Source: Xylanibacter ruminicola 23 (GTDB lineage Bacteria; Bacteroidota; Bacteroidia; Bacteroidales; Bacteroidaceae). Taken from it: DNA of 32,000 nt. The notes below the pieces were generated by a model. That model did no database searches, was not told where the DNA came from, and saw only the letters and a list, made by a program, of their open reading frames with translations. The DNA lies in assembly GCF_000025925.1 (NCBI RefSeq), contig NC_014033.1, forward strand, positions 2,130,001 to 2,162,000, given 5' to 3'. The translations under genes and the position numbers were made by a program. How positions within the stretch are numbered: position 1 is the first letter of the stretch; each line of letters opens with the position of its first letter. Of the stretch, positions 8,821 to 16,092 are shown one piece after another.

Positions 8821-8957
8821 GGATTATAATATACGAACTAATAATCCATTCGGGATTAATTAGCCCCGCTTAATAATCCGGGGCGGATTATCACACCTCG
8901 TATAATAATCGCAGGGGGATTAAAATTCTTGTTGAGATTCCTTAGCGCGGATTAAAA
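8821..8957. repeat. Phased array of short hairpins built on TAATCC/GGATTA arms (about 32-nt period)
   Basis: Stems are 8821-27/8841-47, 8842-47/8853-58, 8873-80/8884-91 (8 bp, loop GGG) and 8906-10/8918-22. Three successive units start TAATAATC(C). A further GGATTAAAA lies at 8949. Confidence 0.7.
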
Positions 8958-9029
8958 TATTTAAACTTAATAGAAATGACATCATACGTTTTCAATCTTC
9001 AAAAAAATGTTGAGATATTCATAGACTTT

Positions 9030-9875
9030 TCATTTTAATGCAGCAATAGCATCTACAACCTTTTGACGTACTACTTTTCTCTCCTCACAATCAACGCCAC
9101 ATCCAGCATAACAATTAACTAACAAGGCAAATAAACTATCCTTAGAAATGGAAGGAACTTTATTTCCATTAATTTTGGAAGACATTTTTTTTAGAACATT
9201 TAGCACAAAAGATGTTTGGAAATGACCTTTTGTAATTTGCCTCAGATTTCTACTATCATTATTTATCAATAACCTTGCTTTATCGATTTGATCTTTTGTA
9301 AAGTATGGCGATATTGAATTAATTATTTTATCTCTTTTGCTTACAGAAATTTTTACCGAGTGATCTGACTCCAAAATAGGTATACAAGAATCACCACATA
9401 CAGAGCACCCAATGCCAAATACATTATTTGCTATGTCATATATAACCATTTCCTTAGCCTCATTGAAAAATTCATCATAGCATTGAAGGATCTCATCTAT
9501 GTGGTCTTCCAATGATCGAGCAAGTTTTTTTAAGCACGCATTTACATTATAAGGACAATACATTACACATTCTATAGAATGGCTCAATGTACAAACAATC
9601 AATGGATGATTTTTAATATTCCCTGTATATGATGAGTAATCAGAATCTTTAGCAACAATACATTTTAAACCATGATTTAATATATCATTTTCATAATCTT
9701 CAAGATTCTTACAACCATCAACTTTCCTTATCTCAAATAAATTATTATCAAAATACTGAGCCCAAAATACTATATCATCATCCCCTTCTACGTAAACTAT
9801 GCCAATCTTGTTATAAAAACGAGCCTCAATATTCTGTGCAGGTATTGATAGACTAAAGCCTTCGTTATTCGACAT
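9030..9875 (-). CDS. DUF4435/TOPRIM (OLD-family-like) putative nuclease effector, AriB/AbiLii-like
   Basis: IGIVYVEGDDDIVFW (TOPRIM Glu block) and CIVAKDSDYS (DxD block); 281 aa. Its start overlaps the upstream ATPase stop by 11 nt. Confidence 0.7.
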   Translation of the reverse strand: MSNNEGFSLSIPAQNIEARFYNKIGIVYVEGDDDIVFWAQYFDNNLFEIRKVDGCKNLEDYENDILNHGLKCIVAKDSDYSSYTGNIKNHPLIVCTLSHSIECVMYCPYNVNACLKKLARSLEDHIDEILQCYDEFFNEAKEMVIYDIANNVFGIGCSVCGDSCIPILESDHSVKISVSKRDKIINSISPYFTKDQIDKARLLINNDSRNLRQITKGHFQTSFVLNVLKKMSSKINGNKVPSISKDSLFALLVNCYAGCGVDCEERKVVRQKVVDAIAALK

Positions 9876-11145
9876 AAGTTGTTGCGTTTTGCATATTAAT
9901 TAACTTCTTCGGATGATTAGCAGCAATTTCCGGAGCGTGGGTAGCAAAAATAATTTGAGCGTTAGGATTTAAACTTCTTATACTATTCACAAGGTTCCTT
10001 TGCCATTCTATATGAAGAGACAACTCAGGTTCATCAGCAATGAATACATAAGGTTTCTTCTGTTGCAGAAGTGTCTCTGTCAAAAGAATCAACAACTGCT
10101 TCTCACCAGATGATAACGCATTCATATCCAAGCTACGCTCATTTTTGTTTCCTATCTTAACAATTGGGATTAGACGACTTGACATAGAATCGAACTCAAT
10201 ATGCTTATCCTTAAAATATTGTTCAACAATATCAACATACATTTTAATTGGCTCTAAAATCTGCGCACGTTCTGTTTGATATTCTGCTGATAATTTTAGA
10301 ATCGCAGCAGTTCTATTCATCAAAGAAATAGACAACATCTCTTCTGCAGACAAAGAATCATCTCTATTATCAATCTTATTTATAACGTCTTTAATTCTCT
10401 CAGCATGTACTTTAATATCTTGCGTATGCATTCTAGCGTCACCAAAATAGCTAAAAACCCGATGTAACTCTGTTACAATATTCTCAGTAGTATACCCTTT
10501 TAATGTCTGAAATTGTTCATATGTAGGAATATTATCATATGCTTTATTGTACAACATCATAGAAACGATTTCTTCATTAAATTTTCTTGTTCGTTCATTT
10601 ACCTTTGTTTCAAGTTGCAAACGATAAGAGACAATCTGAGTCATTAAAAGATTCAGCTTTAAATCCACATCGGTTCTATTGGTATCAAGAAGCTTTCTAT
10701 CAGGTTTTTCAGAATTCTCACTGATTCTGTTAATTGACAACCAAGATACATTAACCAATTCTTCAAGTCTTTCCCTAAGATGTTGGTACAAATTTCGCGA
10801 AGTAGACCTTGCACGAAAAAAGAACCTACCATCTGATCTCATATCTATAACCTCTCCATCAGGGAAAATATAACGATATGATGGTGTTACTAAATCATCC
10901 ATTATACGCTGGATCATTATTGTTTTTTCCTCTTCATCATGAATAGTTATTTCAACTTCGGAAAAAACTATATCATCAATTGCGCCCAAATCCAAATTCA
11001 GCAAAGCCTCAACTATACGCAAAAAAGTCGTTTTACCAGATCCATTTCCACCTATGAGAATATTCACATCCTCAAAAAAATCTATGCGAATATGCTTCAC
11101 ATCCCATAACCCCCGTATGCTAACGGATTTGATAATATTTTTCAT
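9865..11145 (-). CDS. ABC/SMC-like AAA ATPase (AAA_15/21/23 type), AriA/AbiLi-like
   Basis: Walker A GGNGSGKT, ABC signature LSSGEKQ, Walker B YVFIADEPELSLH and H-loop FATHAP. A long helical insert lies between Walker A and the signature motif. 426 aa. Confidence 0.8.
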   Translation of the reverse strand: MKNIIKSVSIRGLWDVKHIRIDFFEDVNILIGGNGSGKTTFLRIVEALLNLDLGAIDDIVFSEVEITIHDEEEKTIMIQRIMDDLVTPSYRYIFPDGEVIDMRSDGRFFFRARSTSRNLYQHLRERLEELVNVSWLSINRISENSEKPDRKLLDTNRTDVDLKLNLLMTQIVSYRLQLETKVNERTRKFNEEIVSMMLYNKAYDNIPTYEQFQTLKGYTTENIVTELHRVFSYFGDARMHTQDIKVHAERIKDVINKIDNRDDSLSAEEMLSISLMNRTAAILKLSAEYQTERAQILEPIKMYVDIVEQYFKDKHIEFDSMSSRLIPIVKIGNKNERSLDMNALSSGEKQLLILLTETLLQQKKPYVFIADEPELSLHIEWQRNLVNSIRSLNPNAQIIFATHAPEIAANHPKKLINMQNATTYVE

Positions 11146-11530
11146 TATTTGCTATTTAGTTTTAATTTTATATATGGTTTGTCTACTATTTCCTTTTCAG
11201 TAAATAAGAATACTACCAATTGAAAAACGTCTATTACGTCGCCAAGTATTGCTTTCTATATTACAGTTCATATCAAAATAAAAATCAAGTTTCTATAAAG
11301 AATAACTTCATGAGGTTCCTGGCGCACCTGAACCGCTGTTTTCTCAATTTAATGGGTATATTTTTATATTTACCGTTAAAAAACTTAAATAATCCTTATC
11401 TCATTTAACAATGATGACGAGTATACTAGTCATCATGCTTCGTGGCTGAAGTGGTACTTTCGCGGGCGCGAATGCGCGATAAATTGGGGCTTTTTGCCCC
11501 GGAAAGTAACATCAAAATTTTTAAGTCACA

Positions 11531-11845
11531 ATGAAAAAATTCAATGCAAAGATTCCCGTTTTGGGAGAGGGTATGGCAAAATTTGCCATGCAGCAGTTAT
11601 TAACTCAAATCAGACATCAGCATGGGCTGACCAGATTTATTCAACGAAATGGTGTGAACGGCAGATGGCTGCGTGCCGATGAGCCTTACGACATCCATAT
11701 TTCAAGATTTTTCCAAATTGTACGTATCAAAGCACACTATCAAACCGAAGATGAATTCCTAGATGATTGGAACGAACTCGGAGAGGCTATTCTGGATGAA
11801 GCACGTGAGTACTACAAGAATCTCTATCAGAAGATGAACGACTAA
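11531..11845 (+). CDS. Hypothetical small protein (possible HTH), first gene of the plus-strand module
   Basis: 104 aa of ordinary composition. It ends 13 nt before the next start. The overlapping ORF 11494..11682 looks spurious. Confidence 0.5.
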   Translation: MKKFNAKIPVLGEGMAKFAMQQLLTQIRHQHGLTRFIQRNGVNGRWLRADEPYDIHISRFFQIVRIKAHYQTEDEFLDDWNELGEAILDEAREYYKNLYQKMND

Positions 11846-11858
11846 CCTACAACATGCC

Positions 11859-13019
11859 ATGGACCCAATAACTAATGAACTGGCTCATGCCGGCGAACAA
11901 CCCAGCGTTACACCAGAGATTCTGGAACTGGAGAATAATCGTATCACCTCTACTAAAGTACTGGCTCCTATGGAGTTCCTGTTTTCGCTGTTTAACGAAC
12001 CTTGTTTTCCACGACGTGAGCTAGTGGCCTTTACTGGTCGCGCCAAGAGCGGTAAGACATTCGTGATGTCGATGCTGATGGTGCTTTGTGTGATGGCAGA
12101 AGTCTTGTCTTTCCGTAGGCTTACGGAGAGCAAGCTTCGGCTTTTATGGTACGACACGGAACAGAGTGACAACTCTACTCAGGACATCCTGAAAAACCGT
12201 ATCATGCCCCTTTATGAGCGTGTCAACAAAAATGGGGCTCCTTTCCCCGAGGATATGTTTGACATTTTCAATGTTCGTAATCTGGATCGAGAGAAGCGCG
12301 AGGCCTATCTCATTGCTGCTATCAATTACTACAAACCCGACTTAGTGATTCTGGACGGTATCCGCGACTTGGTGGGCGACATCAACGACGGCACGGTGGC
12401 ACAGGAGCTCATCGAAAAACTGATGCACGTGGCTCAGGAAAAAGATTGCTGTATTGTATGTGTGCTGCACCAGAACAAGAGTGGCGAGAGTCGCGACCCG
12501 CGAGGCTGGTTAGGAACCGAGCTGCTGAACAAGGCCTTCGACGTGTTTGCTACCGAGAAACTGATGCCGCAGCGTATCTTTAAGCTTGAACAGCTTTACA
12601 CCCGCAAGTACGATATCGAGCAGGATCTGTATTTCACTGTGGGCGATGATGGATTGCCTTGCATTACCGAGGCGCCTCCTATGGCCTATCAATCGCTGCA
12701 GGATGATGATGAGCAGGAGCGCCCACCACTTAACGGCGATTACATAGTGCGACACCTAGACGGTAGCTGGGAGATGGATGTGCAACGTTTGTTTACCGAT
12801 GCCTTCCAAGGCCATGATTCGCTTACTGGGGCTGCACTGCGCTATGCGGTGATGAACTTAGGTCAGATAGCCACTCGCAATCTCTACATCAAATGCCTTA
12901 ACAAGGCCATGAGTCTGGATATGATGTTGAAGAGCCACGACAACCAAAATCATGTGATTTATCGACTTAAATCAGCTCCACCTGTAAAGCCTGTTGCAGA
13001 ACAGATTGAGATATGGTAA
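11859..13019 (+). CDS. RecA-fold AAA ATPase (AAA_25/RepA-, DnaB-C-terminal-like)
   Basis: Walker A GRAKSGKT, Walker B DLVILDGIRDL and the CVLHQNKSG sensor block typical of RepA/AAA_25 proteins. Confidence 0.7.
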   Translation: MDPITNELAHAGEQPSVTPEILELENNRITSTKVLAPMEFLFSLFNEPCFPRRELVAFTGRAKSGKTFVMSMLMVLCVMAEVLSFRRLTESKLRLLWYDTEQSDNSTQDILKNRIMPLYERVNKNGAPFPEDMFDIFNVRNLDREKREAYLIAAINYYKPDLVILDGIRDLVGDINDGTVAQELIEKLMHVAQEKDCCIVCVLHQNKSGESRDPRGWLGTELLNKAFDVFATEKLMPQRIFKLEQLYTRKYDIEQDLYFTVGDDGLPCITEAPPMAYQSLQDDDEQERPPLNGDYIVRHLDGSWEMDVQRLFTDAFQGHDSLTGAALRYAVMNLGQIATRNLYIKCLNKAMSLDMMLKSHDNQNHVIYRLKSAPPVKPVAEQIEIW

Positions 13020-13115
13020 AAACCTAACCCCTTTTGAGGCCTCCCCCAAGATTGGAGTACTCCTTAACAGGAGTACGTAAATCTTTAGGGGGAAAGGGCC
13101 TCTCCGATCGCCCCC
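13020..13115. repeat. Nested hairpin element related to the 5' module of the mosaic repeats
   Basis: GGCCTCCCCCAAGATT..GGAGTAC TCCTTAACA GGAGTAC..AATCTTTAGGGGGAAAGGGCC. The motif GGCCTCCCC-loop-GGGGAGG recurs at 15661-15680. Confidence 0.5.
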
Positions 13116-13124
13116 CAAATCATT

Positions 13125-13847
13125 ATGAAGTTGAAAGATCTATTTAAAGACTCGCTCAGAAACCTCGGCCTGTATATGCCAACGCCACCTTTATGGGTGC
13201 GGTCGTTATCGGCCAGGAGCTGCTTTTGCCGGGCGGTGGTTGCCAACGGGATGCTTACCAAGCGGCAGATGGTGCATGCATCACTGCGCTATCGGTTAGG
13301 CCGATCGAAGAATGATGCCGTCATCTACTGGCAGATCGACCAGATGGGCCGGGTGCATGATGGGAAGTTGATGTGGTATGGTGCCGACTGCCATCGGTTG
13401 AAGAACCGCAATGCCACGTGGGCGATGTATCTGCTGAAGAAGCACTTCAAGCTGCCACAGGGCAGTTTTCAGAGCAATCACGTTTTCTTCGGTTTGCATC
13501 TGGTTCGGGAACCATGCACGGTTTGTATCGTAGAGGCCGAGAAATCGGCGGTTATCTTATCGGAGCTGTATCCGCAGTATGTGTGGCTGGCGGCAGGCGG
13601 ACTGTTTGAGTTGCAGCCTCAGAAGTTCTGGGCCTTGCAGCACTGCCAGATTATCTTGTTGCCTGATACCGATGAGGAGCTGAGAGCTTACACACAGTGG
13701 TACGGAGTGGCGCAGCAGGTAATGCAATCGTTTTTATGGCCTAAACAGAACCGTATCTACGTATCCGACTTTTTAGAGCGCCATGCCTCGGCCGACCAGA
13801 AACGGCGGAAAATCGACCTTGTGGATTATATCCAGGAATCAACTTAG
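13125..13847 (+). CDS. Toprim-domain protein (primase-like catalytic core, no recognisable zinc finger)
   Basis: CIVEAEKSAVILSE (Toprim Glu) and IILLPDTDEE (DxD). Confidence 0.6.
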   Translation: MKLKDLFKDSLRNLGLYMPTPPLWVRSLSARSCFCRAVVANGMLTKRQMVHASLRYRLGRSKNDAVIYWQIDQMGRVHDGKLMWYGADCHRLKNRNATWAMYLLKKHFKLPQGSFQSNHVFFGLHLVREPCTVCIVEAEKSAVILSELYPQYVWLAAGGLFELQPQKFWALQHCQIILLPDTDEELRAYTQWYGVAQQVMQSFLWPKQNRIYVSDFLERHASADQKRRKIDLVDYIQEST

Positions 13848-13909
13848 TTTCGCTCCGTAATCAATTTACTTTTTATCTAAAATCAAGTTACTTTTCAACC
13901 ACAATCAAT

Positions 13910-14239
13910 ATGGTAAATTACTACAATAAGCATTTATTTATCAGCAAGACCAAACTGGCCGAACTGGCTGGTGTATCAGACCGTACCTTTTCTCGTTATC
14001 TCAGTAGTCGCCAGCATATCCTCGAAGCAATGGGAGTAAGCCGTAAAGCTCAACTGCTACCACCACAGGCCGTGAAGTATGTTTGTGAAGATTACTGCAT
14101 CGATCTACCACCGGAGCTGCAGGATCAGCGTGTACTGCAGAGTCATCAGCTTTATCAGAAGGTGGTGCGTGAGTTGCAACTGACTACCTTTTTTGACGGC
14201 AAGTGGACGAAAATCACAGAAATTCCACCTGATTTCTAA
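13910..14239 (+). CDS. DUF4248-like helix-turn-helix protein
   Basis: KTKLAELAGVSDRTFSRYL HTH followed by LLPPQAVKYVCEDYCIDLP. The gene occupies the usual Bacteroidales position just upstream of an HU-like gene. The family assignment is from memory. Confidence 0.5.
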   Translation: MVNYYNKHLFISKTKLAELAGVSDRTFSRYLSSRQHILEAMGVSRKAQLLPPQAVKYVCEDYCIDLPPELQDQRVLQSHQLYQKVVRELQLTTFFDGKWTKITEIPPDF

Positions 14240-14319
14240 TTATTTTTCTCGAAGTCCGCCAAAGTCCGCCAATGCCATCTTAAAAAGCCGTACCTTCGCA
14301 GTGTCATTCCGGATGGCAC

Positions 14320-14347
14320 TAATGTTTAATCTTTAATGTTTAATCTA
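14320..14347. repeat. Heptamer tandem array, 4 units (TAATGTT TAATCTT TAATGTT TAATCTA), ending 4 nt before the HU-like start codon
   Basis: Read directly. It is the reverse complement of the (C/G)ATTAAA arrays elsewhere in the window. Confidence 0.85.
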
Positions 14348-14351
14348 AATT

Positions 14352-14873
14352 ATGGTACGTTACATTTTGCAGCAAATCAAAATCACCGGCAACAAGTGTT
14401 TTGGTAAGTGGTTCGCCAAGAACGTGGTTGAAGAGACTATCGACCTGGATGCTTTGGCCGAACACATGAGTCATCACAATTCGCCTTACTCGAAGGGCGT
14501 TATCAAGGGTCTGCTCACCGACATGATTGGTTGTATCAAAGAGCTCCTGCTGGAGGGTAAGAACGTGAAGATCGACGACCTGGCCATTTTCTCGCTTGGT
14601 ATCAAGAACAAGGAGATGGCGGAGAAGGAAGAGGACTTCACTGTATCTAAGAACATCAGCGGTGTGAAGTTGAAGGCCCGTGCCACTGGCGACCTGATGA
14701 GTAAGAGTCTTAACCTGGAGGCTACCCTGAAGAAGGCTACCTTTATCAATGGCAAGCTGGCTACTGAGCCAAGTAATGGCGGCGGTGGTAATACCAGTGG
14801 CGGAGGTTCTAATACGCCAAGCGGCGGTGGTAACACCGGTGGTGGCGGTAACCATGAGCCTGTCGGTGACTAA
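14352..14873 (+). CDS. HU-like DNA-binding protein with a glycine-rich tail (HU_HIG type)
   Basis: The N-terminal HU-like fold MVRYILQQIKITGNKCFGKWFAKNV...LLEGKNVKIDDLAIFSLGIK is followed by the tail GGGGNTSGGGSNTPSGGGNTGGGGN. Confidence 0.75.
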   Translation: MVRYILQQIKITGNKCFGKWFAKNVVEETIDLDALAEHMSHHNSPYSKGVIKGLLTDMIGCIKELLLEGKNVKIDDLAIFSLGIKNKEMAEKEEDFTVSKNISGVKLKARATGDLMSKSLNLEATLKKATFINGKLATEPSNGGGGNTSGGGSNTPSGGGNTGGGGNHEPVGD

Positions 14874-14878
14874 ATTTT

Positions 14879-14936
14879 AGGCACGGGCTACACGGATTAA
14901 CACGGATTAATTTCCTATAGTCCTGTAGTCCGTTGC
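14879..14936. repeat. CACGGATTA tandem motif plus TAGTCCTGTAGTCCGTTGC (dispersed family, terminator-like position)
   Basis: AGGCACGGGCTACACGGATTAACACGGATTAATTTCCTATAGTCCTGTAGTCCGTTGC. Related copies lie at 24969-25028 and 29832-29860. Confidence 0.7.
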
Positions 14937-14973
14937 TAAAAACTAACTCTTAACCCTTAAAATTGTATTCTAT

Positions 14974-15078
14974 ATGGTGAAAGTAAACTGGACCAAAGTT
15001 GCTAAGGTCCTTAAATTTGTCGCAACAGTTATTACCTCAGTTCTCGGATCCATAGCCGTACAGTCATGCGCTCAGTAA
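14974..15078 (+). CDS. 34-aa small membrane peptide (smalltalk-like / holin-like position)
   Basis: It falls below the ORF-track size cut-off. ATG at 14974 and TAA at 15076 give MVKVNWTKVAKVLKFVATVITSVLGSIAVQSCAQ. The peptide overlaps the amidase start (15066) by 13 nt in another frame. Confidence 0.5.
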   Translation: MVKVNWTKVAKVLKFVATVITSVLGSIAVQSCAQ

Positions 15079-15512
15079 ACTTGATTGTTATTCACTGCAG
15101 CGCTACCCGCTGCAACAGGCGTTTCACTGTCGATATGCTCAAGGCTTGTCATAATGCCCGGTTCGGCAACAAGGGTATTGGTTACCACTATTACATTGAG
15201 CGTGATGGGCATCTGTATCAGACGCGTGATGAAAGCCTTGTGGGCATGCATGCCAGGCATTACAATGCGCACTCGATTGGCATCTGCTATGAAGGGGGCC
15301 TTAACGAGCGTGGCCAGGCTGCTGATACTCGTACGCCGGAACAGCGTGCAGCGTTAATTGCCTTATTGAGGAGCCTCAAGGAGGATTATCCTCAGGCCGA
15401 GATTCTGGGCCATCGGGAACTCGAAGGGGTTCACAAAGAGTGTCCATCTTTTGATTGTCAGGAGTACCGAGATTACTTCTCGGGCTCTTCTGTCAGAGGG
15501 ACAGCCTCTTGA
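15066..15512 (+). CDS. N-acetylmuramoyl-L-alanine amidase (Amidase_2/PGRP, AmpD-like)
   Basis: IVIHCSAT, GYHYYIERDG and GHRELEGVHKECPSF zinc-ligand blocks. The last ~8 codons are encoded by a REP-like repeat. Confidence 0.85.
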   Translation: MRSVNLIVIHCSATRCNRRFTVDMLKACHNARFGNKGIGYHYYIERDGHLYQTRDESLVGMHARHYNAHSIGICYEGGLNERGQAADTRTPEQRAALIALLRSLKEDYPQAEILGHRELEGVHKECPSFDCQEYRDYFSGSSVRGTAS

Positions 15513-15557
15513 CATCTTCAGGGATTTGTTTCTGACACAGGGACAGGTCCCTGACAC
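15490..15557. repeat. REP-like palindrome pair (GGGACAGG family)
   Basis: CTGTCAGAGGGACAGCCTCTTGACAT (15490-15515, degenerate) and CTGACACAGGGACAGGTCCCTGACAC (15532-15557). Confidence 0.75.
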
Positions 15558-15610
15558 CTTATTAATAAATATAGAAGGTTTTCAACACCTTCAAGTTTCC
15601 CTGATTGTCC

Positions 15611-15900
15611 TTTTCTCTGGCGCAGAGAAAAGAACTAAAAGAGACATTCACCCTTCCAAGGCCTCCCCTCAAGGGGAGGATGCAAAGTCAGGATTTGGGA
15701 AAACCGCAAATCCCTCCTACCTTTTTGGCAGGCCGGGACTTCGGCCTATATTGTTTATAGCTGCTCTATGAGCAGCGGCCCAAAGGGCCTACCCTAATAC
15801 CATGCTAAAACACCGAGGGGTTATGCCGCGCGGCTGGGGGCGAGCAGCCACCCAAAGAGCGAGGGTGGGTGGAGCGAGCTTTATGCGAGCGGGGGGATAA
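15611..15900. repeat. Mosaic hairpin-module repeat, copy B1 (full length)
   Basis: The core at 15691-15820 is nearly identical to 25888-26015. The 5' part matches 16093-16239 and the 3' part matches 27827-27929. Confidence 0.85.
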
Positions 15901-16092
15901 CCCTATTTTACTACTTGTGCAATCTCTTTCTTGAAGAGATCACGAGCATTGTGATGCACATTACCTAGATAAAATTCATCGAAAGCTCGCTTCAAACTTT
16001 CCTTTACCATCTCCTGTTGAGACAGCACGTTTCTATTCTTCATCGATTGAGCGATATTTGATATTTGCAAGTTTTTATCTTTTATTCGTTCA

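Noticed and set aside
8840-8934. The three ~32-nt units as a mini-CRISPR array
   Set aside because: The repeats are only about 22 nt, imperfect, with ~10-nt spacers. There are three units only and no cas genes. A hairpin or operator array fits better.
11220-11682. ORFs 11220..11408(+) and 11494..11682(+)
   Set aside because: The first starts at TTG in AT-rich spacer and has low-complexity sequence. The second overlaps the better 11531..11845 frame and reads through a GC-rich hairpin region.
14340-14855. Minus-strand ORFs 14340..14855 and 14486..14836
   Set aside because: They are antisense to the HU-like gene. Their PPPP/TT-rich sequence is simply the complement of the glycine-rich tail.
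11531-15512. An intact prophage or ICE
   Set aside because: No integrase, terminase, capsid, tail, relaxase or type IV secretion genes are present, and no att-like direct repeats are visible. I can claim only a remnant or an autonomous small module.
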